DNA from: Actinomycetota bacterium
GTDB taxonomy: Bacteria > Actinomycetota > Actinomycetes > JBDIAW01
DNA length: 64,000 nucleotides
Assembly: GCA_039812585.1 (NCBI GenBank)
Contig: JBDIAW010000007.1
Coordinates: 1,162-65,161 of the forward strand
Reading direction: 5' to 3'
This document shows, in pieces, positions 45,705 to 54,733 of this stretch. The translations under genes were made by a program, and so were the position numbers. How positions within the stretch are numbered: the first letter of the stretch is position 1; each line of letters starts with the position of its first letter. Below the pieces are notes generated by a model. It saw nothing but the letters and a program-made list of their open reading frames with translations. It was not told the DNA's origin and did no database searches.

Positions 45705-46631
45705 TCAAAGCTGGGCCTGCCTTGAGGGTAGCCCCCCGGCACGTAGGTGCAGATGGAGGTAGGCGGCGGCCTCGCAGACCGGGTCGGGTAGGGGGTGGAC
45801 CCCGGTGAGAGCGGTGCGGTGGGAGCCTCCGGCCCAGACCATAACGGGAGGGTGTAGGGCGCTCAGGTGGTCGACCACCAGTTGAGCCTGCTTGACAGTG
45901 CGGGCGGTGGGCACGCCGATGACGGCAGCCGTCACGGGTGCATGGGGCTGGTGGGCGCGACCCGCAGCCTGGACCCACTCGGTGACCGGGACATCTGCCC
46001 CCAGGTACACCACGTTGACACCGAGGCGGCGCAGGCAGGTGGCAAAAGCGAACAGCACCAACTCGTGACGCTCCCCCGGTGGGGCGCCCACCAACACCAT
46101 CGGTGCTCCAGGGCTCACCTGGGCGCCCGCCTGATCGAACAACCCACCCAGGGCGCGCATCAAACCAGCGCTGGCGAAATGCTCGGCGGCCACTGAGAGG
46201 TGGCCGGTTACCCACGCTGCGCCCAAGCGTTGTAACTGCGGTTGCAGCCAGTTCTGCGCGACGTGTTCAAACGCAGCGCTGGCCAAGGCCTGCTCTACGG
46301 TCAGGGCCAACACGCCCGGGTCCAGAGACATCGCCGTTGCTACCAGGTCCGGGTTTGGCAGGGGGTGCTGCCCAGCGGCCTGCAGTTCCCCCGTGGAGTC
46401 GGTTGAGCTGTTCAGCACGGCTTGCGCGGCCTGGGCGGTGGGAACTCCAGCGGCCACCAATGCGGCCATGTGGCGCAGGGCTGCCACCTGGGTGGGGTCG
46501 TAAAGACGATAGTTACCGCCAGAACGCGCAGGTTCCACGATGTGGTAGCGACGCTCCCATGCACGCAATGTGGCTTGGGCCACCCCGGTCAGGGCACTGA
46601 CCTGCTTGACGGTGTAGCTAGGGCTGATCAT
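45705..46631 (-). CDS. MerR-family regulator with C-terminal cobalamin-binding domain (CarH/LitR-like light-responsive regulator)
   Basis: YTVKQVSALTGVAQATLRAWERRY HTH. Rossmann-like B12-binding region PGERHELVLFAFATCLRRLGVNVVYLGADVP. Divergent from the carotenoid operon. Confidence 0.75.
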   Translation of the reverse strand: MISPSYTVKQVSALTGVAQATLRAWERRYHIVEPARSGGNYRLYDPTQVAALRHMAALVAAGVPTAQAAQAVLNSSTDSTGELQAAGQHPLPNPDLVATAMSLDPGVLALTVEQALASAAFEHVAQNWLQPQLQRLGAAWVTGHLSVAAEHFASAGLMRALGGLFDQAGAQVSPGAPMVLVGAPPGERHELVLFAFATCLRRLGVNVVYLGADVPVTEWVQAAGRAHQPHAPVTAAVIGVPTARTVKQAQLVVDHLSALHPPVMVWAGGSHRTALTGVHPLPDPVCEAAAYLHLHLRAGGLPSRQAQL

Positions 46632-46674
46632 GGGGCTCGCTTTCACCAACGACTCCAGGCAGGGTAGCAAAGCC

Positions 46675-46749
46675 TGGACAAAGGTTGAACAGATCAGCTA
46701 GGGTCGACCACAACCTTGGACAAAGATTGGACAAACGATCCGTGGACAC
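46675..46749. promoter_or_regulatory. TGGACAA direct repeats with ~10-11 bp periodicity in divergent carH/crt promoter region (candidate CarH operator)
   Basis: cTGGACAAAGgTTGAACAgatc...cTTGGACAAAGaTTGGACAAAcgatccgTGGACAct. Confidence 0.35.
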
Positions 46750-46810
46750 TTCAGTGCACTCTCCCCTGACGGTCAGCCCCAGGAGGGATGCTGAGGAGAG
46801 TGATCAGGTA

Positions 46811-48421
46811 GTGCTGCTCAACGAGGTGGGGCAGCCGATCGGGCAGGCACCGCGCAGCAGCATCCATTCCCCCCACACACCGCTACATCTGGCCTTCTCC
46901 ACCTACCTATTCAATGCTCGCGGCGAGGTGCTGCTCACCCGACGAGCCCTGAGTAAGAAAACCTGGCCTGGAGTATGGACTAACTCCTGCTGCGGGCATC
47001 CCCAGCCCGGCGAGGAACTGGAGGCCGCCATTCGTCGGCGCATCCGGCAGGAGTTGGGGCTGCGCATAGGCCGCTTGATCCCTCTGCTGCCCGATTTTCG
47101 CTACCGCGCCACTGACTCCAATGGGATCGTGGAAAACGAGATCTGCCCTGTTTATGCGGCGGTGCTCAAAGACCACCAGCCACCGTTGATGCCTGACCCC
47201 GATGAGGTGGCTGAATGCGCCTGGGTGCCCTGGCCCCACGTTCTTGCCGCCGTGGCCGCCACTCCGCAGGTGTACAGCCCTTGGGCGGCCCAGCAAATCG
47301 CCCTGCTGGGCCAACACCCCTTGCCTGATCTGAACCCCCCGCTACAGCCGCCTGTCTTAAGCCTGCAGGAGTTCACCGCTGAGGTGGATGCCCTCCTTGC
47401 CCAGCAAACTAGCGCCTTGATCCAGGAGTGGGCCAGTTATACCAAGCAGTTGCGGCTGGACATTCTGCCCGAGGATCTGCCGGCCTGGTTGGAACACCTG
47501 CTGGTGGGGCAGGGTAAACGCCTGCGGGTCATGATGACCTTCTGGGGTTTTGCTGCGGCGGGAGGTCGGGCGGACTCCCCCGGTTATCACCACGCAGTGC
47601 GCGCTGCTGCCGCATTGGAGACCTTGCACTTGTTCGCGCTGATTCACGACGACGTGATGGACGAATCCAGCATGCGTCGAGGTTTTCCGGCTGCCCATGT
47701 TCAGGCCGCTCAGTGGCACCGGCAGGCCAACGCTCGCGGGGACGCGCCGGTGTTTGGCCGCAACCTTGCCATTTTGCTGGGGGATCTGGCCCACACCACC
47801 GCCGACCGCTTGGCCCAAGACCTGCCCGAGGCGATGCGCCAGCAGTGGTATGCCCTCTCGGTTGAACTCATTGCTGGTCAGCGGGCGGACCTGACCGCTG
47901 CGGCGGCGGGTCGACGCGAGCAGGCGCACGCCCAGCAGGTGGCTGACATCAAATCGGGCCACTACACCATCACCCGCCCGTTGCATTTGGGGGCCTGTGC
48001 GGCGCAGGCTAACTCAGCAGTGATGGCTGCTTTGACGCAGTACGCCACCCATGTGGGCCGGGCGTTTGCCTGGCGAGATGACTACCTCGGCGTGTGGGGA
48101 GATCCAGTGGTGACTGGCAAACCAGCCGGGGAGGATCTGCTGGAGGCTAAAGCGACGGTTCTGCTCAGCGTGGCCCAGCAGCAGATGCGCGGCTGGCCAG
48201 CGCACCTGCTGGCCCGGGTGGGGACTGCAGGGTTTGGTCCTTTGGACGCAGCAGCTTTGGCCCAGAACATGCACGAGGCGGGTGTGGACTCCCAGTTGGA
48301 GGCAATGATCGCTGCCGAGGTGGAGGCAGCTGTTGATGCGCTAAACCCGCGTGTTCTGCCAGCAAGCGCGGTGGCTGGCCTGGGCCAAGCGGCCCAGGCC
48401 ATCGCCTGGAGAGACGCGTGA
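46811..48421 (+). CDS. fused isopentenyl-diphosphate isomerase (type 1) / geranylgeranyl diphosphate synthase
   Basis: N-terminus VVLLNEVGQPIG...LHLAFSTYLFNARGEVLLTRRALSKKTWPGVWTNSCCGHP closely resembles E. coli Idi. C-terminus is a polyprenyl synthase with IHDDVMDE. One continuous frame. GTG 46811 has a GAGGAGAG RBS. Confidence 0.8.
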   Translation: MLLNEVGQPIGQAPRSSIHSPHTPLHLAFSTYLFNARGEVLLTRRALSKKTWPGVWTNSCCGHPQPGEELEAAIRRRIRQELGLRIGRLIPLLPDFRYRATDSNGIVENEICPVYAAVLKDHQPPLMPDPDEVAECAWVPWPHVLAAVAATPQVYSPWAAQQIALLGQHPLPDLNPPLQPPVLSLQEFTAEVDALLAQQTSALIQEWASYTKQLRLDILPEDLPAWLEHLLVGQGKRLRVMMTFWGFAAAGGRADSPGYHHAVRAAAALETLHLFALIHDDVMDESSMRRGFPAAHVQAAQWHRQANARGDAPVFGRNLAILLGDLAHTTADRLAQDLPEAMRQQWYALSVELIAGQRADLTAAAAGRREQAHAQQVADIKSGHYTITRPLHLGACAAQANSAVMAALTQYATHVGRAFAWRDDYLGVWGDPVVTGKPAGEDLLEAKATVLLSVAQQQMRGWPAHLLARVGTAGFGPLDAAALAQNMHEAGVDSQLEAMIAAEVEAAVDALNPRVLPASAVAGLGQAAQAIAWRDA

Positions 48422-49929
48422 GACGCTCCGGCTCTGCGCACCCTGGAGGAGGCAAAGGCAGGGTGGTCGTGGTCGGAGCGGGCTTGGCGGGGCTATCCGC
48501 TGCGCTGCACCTGGCCGGAGCGGGGCATGAGGTGATGGTGGTGGAGCGCGAGGCTATCCCTGGGGGGCGTAGCGGGTGGCGCGAGCAGGATGGTTTCGGG
48601 TTCGACACCGGCCCGGTGGTGTTCACCATGGTGGACCTGCTGGAACAAGCGTTTGCTGCGGTGGGGCGGCGCAGCAGCGAGTTTGTGGCCTTGCGCCTGC
48701 TGGATCCGGCCTACCACGCCTTCTTCGCCGATGACTCCCGTCTGCTCATTCGTCCCGGGTATGAAAAGATGCGAGCCGAGATTGCCGCGCAGTGCGGAGC
48801 AAAGGATGCGCGCGCTTTCGACCAGTTTCACGCCTGGCTCAAACAGCTCTACGAACTGGAAATGCCGCACTTTATCGACGTGAGTTTCAACTCCCCGCTG
48901 GGATTGCTGCGCTCCCCCGCCGCCGCTGCTCGGTTGCTGCGCCTGGGAGGGTTCGCCCGGCTCGGATCGACCGTGCAGCAGCGTTTTGCCGACGAGCGGT
49001 TACACCGGGTCTTCAGCTTCCAGGCCATGTATGCGGGGTTGGCTCCAGCCCAAGCACTGGCCCTTTACGCGGTGATCACCTACATGGACTCCATTGAGGG
49101 GGTGTGGTTTCCCGAGGGCGGGATGAATGCCGTGCCTCAAGCCATGGCTGCTGCGGCTGGGCAGGCCGGCGTGCAGTTCGCCTGGTCCACCCGCGTGGAG
49201 CACATCAACCCCCGCCGTGCAGGCCAGCCGGCTCGGGTCATCCTCGCTGGAGGGGAGCACCTGCGCGCCGATGCGGTGGTCATCACAGCCGATCTTCCCA
49301 CCGCTTATGAGCAGCTTCTGCCCCACACCCGCCCACCCCGGGTCGCGCGTGCAGGCTCCTACTCCCCCAGCGCATTGGTGTGGCATCTAGGAGTAGCCGG
49401 TCCTCTGCCCGACCAGGTGGGTCACCACAACATCCACTTCGGGGCGGCCTGGGAGCAGGCATTCGATGATCTGCTGCACCGGGGGGTGCCGATGGCCGAT
49501 CCGTCGCGGTTTGTCGCCATCCCCTCCCTGAACCACCCCCAGGCGGCCCCGCCGGGGCATCACAGCCTGTACGTGCTCGAACCGGTGCCTAATCTGCAGG
49601 TGGGTCGGGAGGTGGCGTGGCAGCAGGAAGGTCCTCGGCTGCGTGAACGCATCCTGGCCTGGATGGAGCAGTTTGGCTACCCCACGCAAATCCTCACCGA
49701 GCATCTGGTCACGCCGGTGGACTGGCAGCAGCAAGGCATGGCCGCAGGGACTCCGTTTTCCCTGGCGCACACCTTTGGCCAGACAGGGCCATTCCGCCCC
49801 AAGAATATCGACCGACGCCTGCCGGGGGTGGTGTTTGCTGGGTCGGGAACCACCCCAGGAGTGGGAATCCCCATGGTGTTGATTTCGGGCAAACTGGCCG
49901 CCCAACGGGTGCAGGAGATGCTGGCATGA
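48418..49929 (+). CDS. crtI: phytoene desaturase
   Basis: VVVVGAGLAGLSAALHLAGAGHEVMVVE FAD-binding fold. Typical CrtI length. Overlaps the idi-crtE stop. Confidence 0.85.
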   Translation: MRRSGSAHPGGGKGRVVVVGAGLAGLSAALHLAGAGHEVMVVEREAIPGGRSGWREQDGFGFDTGPVVFTMVDLLEQAFAAVGRRSSEFVALRLLDPAYHAFFADDSRLLIRPGYEKMRAEIAAQCGAKDARAFDQFHAWLKQLYELEMPHFIDVSFNSPLGLLRSPAAAARLLRLGGFARLGSTVQQRFADERLHRVFSFQAMYAGLAPAQALALYAVITYMDSIEGVWFPEGGMNAVPQAMAAAAGQAGVQFAWSTRVEHINPRRAGQPARVILAGGEHLRADAVVITADLPTAYEQLLPHTRPPRVARAGSYSPSALVWHLGVAGPLPDQVGHHNIHFGAAWEQAFDDLLHRGVPMADPSRFVAIPSLNHPQAAPPGHHSLYVLEPVPNLQVGREVAWQQEGPRLRERILAWMEQFGYPTQILTEHLVTPVDWQQQGMAAGTPFSLAHTFGQTGPFRPKNIDRRLPGVVFAGSGTTPGVGIPMVLISGKLAAQRVQEMLA

Positions 49930-50792
49930 GCCGCACACCTACCGCCCTTTTGGCTCAGGGGTACCGGCAGTGCGCGCAGCTGACCCGCAGGCACGGCACC
50001 ACCTACTACTGGGGGGCGCGCCTGTTGAGCCCATCCCAACGTCGGGATGTGTACGCGGTGTATGCGCTGTGTCGATTGGCCGATGACCTGGTGGATGAGC
50101 CGCCCACCGGGCCTGATGCAGCTGACTCAGCGCAGCGATTAGCAGACTTTCGCCGCACTTTTTTTCACGCGCTGCACCAGGGCCAGGCTGACCAGCCGGT
50201 GATGGCGGCCATCATCGCCAGTATCACGGCTCGAGGCATCGATCCCGAGTGTTTTGAACGGTTTTTTGACGCGATGGCCGCCGATCTCACCCACACCACC
50301 TGGGGCAGCTGGCAGCAGTTGCGCGATGACTACATGGAGGGCTCCGCTGCAGTGATCGGGGAGATGATGCTGCCGGTGCTGCAGCCCCTCAGCTCCCAAG
50401 CCAAGCAGCCTGCGCGAGCATTGGGCCACGCCTTTCAGCTGACCAACTTTCTGCGCGACGTGGCCGAGGATTTGGATCGCGGTCGGGTCTACCTCCCGCA
50501 GGAGGACTTAGCCCGACATGGAGCCGACCCGTGGCTTCGTCAGGTGACCCCGGCCTGGCGTGCCCTGATGGCCGAGCAGATCCAGCGCAACCGGCAGCTG
50601 TACACGCAGGCCCAGCTGGGTTTGCCGTTGCTGCCTGCGTCATCGCGTCGGTGTGTGAGCACGGCTTTAACCCTCTATCGCCGTATCCTCGATCGGATCG
50701 AAGCTGCCGACTACAACGTGTTCGCTGGGCGCATTCGGGTGCCCAGCCGGGAAAAGGCGTGGGTCAGCCTGCGCGCGTTAGCGACGCGCTAA
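49926..50792 (+). CDS. crtB: phytoene synthase
   Basis: YCRLADDLVDE and squalene/phytoene synthase motifs. ATGA overlap with crtI. Confidence 0.85.
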   Translation: MSRTPTALLAQGYRQCAQLTRRHGTTYYWGARLLSPSQRRDVYAVYALCRLADDLVDEPPTGPDAADSAQRLADFRRTFFHALHQGQADQPVMAAIIASITARGIDPECFERFFDAMAADLTHTTWGSWQQLRDDYMEGSAAVIGEMMLPVLQPLSSQAKQPARALGHAFQLTNFLRDVAEDLDRGRVYLPQEDLARHGADPWLRQVTPAWRALMAEQIQRNRQLYTQAQLGLPLLPASSRRCVSTALTLYRRILDRIEAADYNVFAGRIRVPSREKAWVSLRALATR

Positions 50793-52271
50793 CAGGCCAC
50801 GCATCGGCACGCTCCACAGGTCGTGGCCGGCGGTGCTCCAGCGCTGCAGCAGGGTGTTGGCGGCCAAGAATCCGGTCGTGGCCGCACGCTCCATCAGAGC
50901 AACGGGGTAGTCGCAGCGCACCCAGTCCCCCGCCACCACCAAGTGGGGCGCGGGAGTGCTTACTCCCGGTCGAGCCGCCCAGGGCTTGGGGTCGATGAGG
51001 GTGCAGTCATCCCGGAGGAGAACCTCCTGATGCACCACCTGGGCCGAACAGGTCTCGGGATAGACCCGATGCAGCTGCTCCAGCAGCTGCCCCACCACGG
51101 CAGTGCTGTCCTGCGTGCAGGCGTAGGCGTGCAGCTCCACCACACTGCCCCGGTGCTTCGCGCTCCAGGTGGCTGCGCCGCGCTCGAAGCGCTCCAGCAC
51201 CGAGACATTATCCAGCGGCCCATACCCGGCGGTCCCCAGGAACGCAGCACGACCAGGCTCCACGTGACGGTCTAACCACAAGCGCACCACAACAAACGGT
51301 GGGGCGTTGCGAGTGGCGGCCACCGCGCGCTGCCAGGGAGCCAAACCCGCATCCGGCAAGGCAGCGCAGAGGGCGCGGGCTTGACGCGGATCGGTAGCCA
51401 ACACCACCGCATCTGCACTGAGCTGGCCGCTGGGCGTATGCACCGAGGCACCAGTAGTGGAGAGTTCAAGGTGATGCACCGGGCAGTCCACCTGGATCTG
51501 CACCCCCCTGCTGGCCAGGTAACTGCCCAGCGGAGCCCACAGCGTGGTGTCGTAGTCATCTTCGGGCACCTCGAACAGCAAACCCTCCGCCGAGCCTAAG
51601 AAGTAGGTGTGAAACATCGCCACCAACTCCCCGGCGGCAAACTCGGTGGGGTCGGCGAAAAACGAGCGGGCAAAGACCTCCAAGGCTAGGTCCCTGGCTG
51701 CAGCGGGGAAGTGGAGGCGCTGCAGAAATTGCTCCGCTGATTGCCCGTCATAGTTGCTGTAGGTGTCGGGGAAACGCACTCGCAGCAGTTCCAACGCCGC
51801 AGGCAGATTCACCCGCGCCAGCCCGGCCAGGCTAAACGCGGGAGAGCGGGCGACAAAGTGCAGCATCGACCAGGGTGGGGTGCGTGCCAAACTGGTGAAG
51901 GTATCGCGCATCCCGTCGGGGCGTTGCAGTGGGTAGTCATCGATCGGGCGCAGAAACCCCAGCGTGGGGTCAATGCGGGCAAGTAGGGCGCGCAGGTTGT
52001 AGTACTGGCGGAAGAAAGCGTGAAAACCCCGACTCATGGTGCGCGTTGTCCCCGGCAGAGGCCACGCGGCCACCCGGCCTCCTAAGCGGGGGGTGGCCTC
52101 CAGCAGGCTCACCCGCACGCCTGCCTCGGCCAGGCCCGTGGCGGCAGCCAGCCCGGCGATCCCACCTCCAACAACGATCACCGACTGCTGGTTCTCAATC
52201 TGGGCGCGGCCCGGTGGCGCCCGATGCAACACGGCCCGGCGGTCCCGTCCGGGCAGGCCAGTGGTAGTCAT
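50778..52271 (-). CDS. carotenoid-associated FAD-dependent oxidoreductase (CrtU/CrtD-like desaturase family)
   Basis: VIVVGGGIAGLAAATGLAEAGVRVSLLE dinucleotide-binding motif. ~500 aa. Located in the crt cluster. Confidence 0.55.
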   Translation of the reverse strand: MTTTGLPGRDRRAVLHRAPPGRAQIENQQSVIVVGGGIAGLAAATGLAEAGVRVSLLEATPRLGGRVAAWPLPGTTRTMSRGFHAFFRQYYNLRALLARIDPTLGFLRPIDDYPLQRPDGMRDTFTSLARTPPWSMLHFVARSPAFSLAGLARVNLPAALELLRVRFPDTYSNYDGQSAEQFLQRLHFPAAARDLALEVFARSFFADPTEFAAGELVAMFHTYFLGSAEGLLFEVPEDDYDTTLWAPLGSYLASRGVQIQVDCPVHHLELSTTGASVHTPSGQLSADAVVLATDPRQARALCAALPDAGLAPWQRAVAATRNAPPFVVVRLWLDRHVEPGRAAFLGTAGYGPLDNVSVLERFERGAATWSAKHRGSVVELHAYACTQDSTAVVGQLLEQLHRVYPETCSAQVVHQEVLLRDDCTLIDPKPWAARPGVSTPAPHLVVAGDWVRCDYPVALMERAATTGFLAANTLLQRWSTAGHDLWSVPMRGLLARR

Positions 52272-52594
52272 CAGGTGTCCTCCCGGGGGTCAGGGTCAGG
52301 CTGACGACGTATCCACAGCAGCACCGTCAGGGTCACCAAAGCCCACCCAAACCCGAAGTCCTCCACGGGAATGTCCCAGGGCCACCGTAACCCCATATGG
52401 TGGCCTGGGGTGTAGAGCACGATGGGGGCGCTGAGCTTAGTCAGCCATCCATCCACCACACATTGGAACCCCGCAATGATCGCCATACTGATCCAGTACT
52501 GCGCTTGGCGAAACAAGCCCGTGCGCCACCACCGCAGTTCCAGGCCCACCACCGACAGCACGGCGAGCACAGTCAGCAGGGTGTATTCAGGCAT
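52271..52594 (-). CDS. crtYd: lycopene cyclase domain protein (heterodimeric cyclase subunit)
   Basis: Small 3-TM protein MPEYTLLTVLAVLSVVGLE... downstream of its partner. Start at the internal Met. Confidence 0.65.
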   Translation of the reverse strand: MPEYTLLTVLAVLSVVGLELRWWRTGLFRQAQYWISMAIIAGFQCVVDGWLTKLSAPIVLYTPGHHMGLRWPWDIPVEDFGFGWALVTLTVLLWIRRQPDPDPREDT

Positions 52595-52937
52595 CGTGCT
52601 GCTCCCGTTGCGCTTGGCGCCTAGCGACCAGGTGGAGGACCTGACCCACTGCCTCATAGGTGAGCAGGGCACACAGAGGGATCACCACGAAGAAAACTAA
52701 CTCCTCCAGGGGTAAAGGCCCCAGGAGGATCCCGGTGGTGAACCGAGGGCTGTAGGACCAGTGGTCACGCCAGATCCCCACCACGTCCCACAGGGCAAAC
52801 ACCGCCACGACCACGAGCAGGACTCGCGCCACCGTGCGGGGGCGGCGATACACCCGCGCGCGTAGGACGAACTCCAAGGGCAGCGTCACCAGTACGCAGG
52901 CGCCCATCAGCGCCAGGTAGTGATAGCGCTCATCCAT
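52587..52937 (-). CDS. crtYc: lycopene cyclase domain protein (heterodimeric cyclase subunit)
   Basis: MDERYHYLALMGACVLVTLPLEF typical CrtYc-type N-terminus. Confidence 0.65.
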   Translation of the reverse strand: MDERYHYLALMGACVLVTLPLEFVLRARVYRRPRTVARVLLVVVAVFALWDVVGIWRDHWSYSPRFTTGILLGPLPLEELVFFVVIPLCALLTYEAVGQVLHLVARRQAQREQHDA

Positions 52938-52948
52938 GACTCGCCCCT

Positions 52949-54148
52949 CTAGTGTCCAAACCGTAAACGCATCCCGCGTACGCAATACCCCGCGATCAGG
53001 TCATCCCAATGCACCTGGGGTTGGGTCACCAGACGGGGCTCTAACGCTAGCAAGGCGGTCAGCAGAGTGTGGGTTTCCTGCATGGCTAGTGACTGCCCGG
53101 GGCATTTGTGCGCCCCGTCTCCGAAAGACAGGCCAGTGGGATCGACTCCTGGCGGCACCTGACGCCCCGGGCGCAGCCGTTGGGCGTCGGCTCCCATCAC
53201 CGCAGGATCGGTATTGGTGTGGCGCACGCACACATCGACCAAATCTCCTGGGTGGACTTCGGCGGTGGAGTTCAGGGGGAAGCTGCCCACCACCCGCCGG
53301 TAAAGGTGACCCACCACCGGCTCCAAGCGAATGATTTCGGCCAGGATAGCCAGCTGGCCGCTGCGATCTGCCTGCTGATACTGCTGGCACAACTGCGGAT
53401 CGCTCAACAGATGCCAGGCAGCCATGCTGATGAACTCCCGGGTGGTCACCATGCCGGCGCTGGCGTAGGTGACGCACTCCACCGCACAATCGGCGTTGGT
53501 GTAGCCCTGGCTGATCAGGTGGCTGATGACATCGCAGCGTGGCTGACGACGCCGGCTGCGAACCGCTGGGCGCACATCGCACAGGTAAAAAAGGGCCAGT
53601 GGCACCAGCGCGTTCACTGCGGCCTGGGCCTGACGCGCCAAGCTGCGCCCACCCTGACGGCGGCTGGGATCAAAAGGAGGTTGGTTGAACAAACGCACCA
53701 GTCTCCGCGCCATAGGGCGCACCGGAGCATGTGTTAAGCCCACGACCACAGCGCTGACCTCCACGGCATACCACAACGCCACCTCCTCGAGCAGACACTC
53801 CCCCTGCTGCTGGGCCTGGGTCAGTAGGCGCTGCGCGCTCGCGGTCATGAAGGGACCGTACTGGCTGCCCACCACCGCCGGAGCAAAGTAGCGCGCCACC
53901 GCACTGCGCTGCTGGTCATGCAGCTGCCCGTCGGAGAACAGGATGGGGTGGTGGCGGAAAAACCGGCGGGGAATGGCCTCGGCGGCAAAGCCGGCCTGGG
54001 TGGTGCGCTGGCGCTGCCGCAACACTTGACGGGCTGCCTGCCAGGTGTGAACCCGCACGACCCCAGGCTGGTCAGACCGTTCGCTGCGCTGGAGGTCAGC
54101 CTCGTCGGCGGGAGGGATCGCTTTGCGCGCGGGGTGGTGTTGCCTCAC
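52949..54148 (-). CDS. cytochrome P450
   Basis: FGDGAHKCPGQSLA heme-thiolate loop; EXXR region. GTG start overlapping the marR stop. Confidence 0.85.
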   Translation of the reverse strand: MRQHHPARKAIPPADEADLQRSERSDQPGVVRVHTWQAARQVLRQRQRTTQAGFAAEAIPRRFFRHHPILFSDGQLHDQQRSAVARYFAPAVVGSQYGPFMTASAQRLLTQAQQQGECLLEEVALWYAVEVSAVVVGLTHAPVRPMARRLVRLFNQPPFDPSRRQGGRSLARQAQAAVNALVPLALFYLCDVRPAVRSRRRQPRCDVISHLISQGYTNADCAVECVTYASAGMVTTREFISMAAWHLLSDPQLCQQYQQADRSGQLAILAEIIRLEPVVGHLYRRVVGSFPLNSTAEVHPGDLVDVCVRHTNTDPAVMGADAQRLRPGRQVPPGVDPTGLSFGDGAHKCPGQSLAMQETHTLLTALLALEPRLVTQPQVHWDDLIAGYCVRGMRLRFGH

Positions 54149-54618
54149 ACCAAGGCTCGCATGGCTGCGGCAGATGCCTGTAGGTAGGCGGCAATCGTCT
54201 CGCGTTGGCTGGGGGTGATGGAGGCGTCCAACTCTTGCAACGCGCTGTACATGGGCAGCAATTGGCGCAGCACCGCTTCCCGTCCCTGGTCGGTGATCAC
54301 GACATGCATGCGGCGTTTGTCCTGCTCATGGGGTTGCCTGCTGACCATCTCTCGGGCTTGGAGGCGGTCGATGATGCCGGAGGAGGCGGCGGTGGTCACG
54401 CCCAGGCTAGCGGCCAACTCCCCCGGGCTACACGTGGCGCGCATGAGCATCCGCAGTGCGGCCATCTCCGTGGCCGAGAGGCCAGCTCGACGGGCGATAG
54501 CAGCGGGGACCTGTTCGGCCACGGAGATCAGCTCACGCAGGGCGTTCAGGGAGGGGGTGTGCTCCCAACGCTGGAGGAAGTCAGTAGCCGGAGTGGCTGG
54601 TTTGACATGATCAGACAT
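54145..54618 (-). CDS. MarR-family transcriptional regulator (CrtR-like by context)
   Basis: Winged-HTH LSATEMAALRMLMRATCSPGELAASLGVTTAASSGIIDRLQAREMVSR. Confidence 0.8.
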   Translation of the reverse strand: MSDHVKPATPATDFLQRWEHTPSLNALRELISVAEQVPAAIARRAGLSATEMAALRMLMRATCSPGELAASLGVTTAASSGIIDRLQAREMVSRQPHEQDKRRMHVVITDQGREAVLRQLLPMYSALQELDASITPSQRETIAAYLQASAAAMRALV

Positions 54619-54733
54619 GGCATTTCCTTAGGACGGAAGTCGTGCTTGGTCAAGGAGTGCACAATATAGCTAACGAGATTACTAACATGCTAAGCTACTA
54701 TGCCCACGTCATTGTCTACTCCTGGAGGAACCC
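54619..54733. promoter_or_regulatory. divergent marR/mmpL promoter region with locally AT-rich imperfect palindrome
   Basis: aatatagctaacgagattactaacatgctaagctactatg contains TAGCTAA/TTAGCTA-type half sites. GGAGGA RBS before mmpL GTG 54734. Confidence 0.3.
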
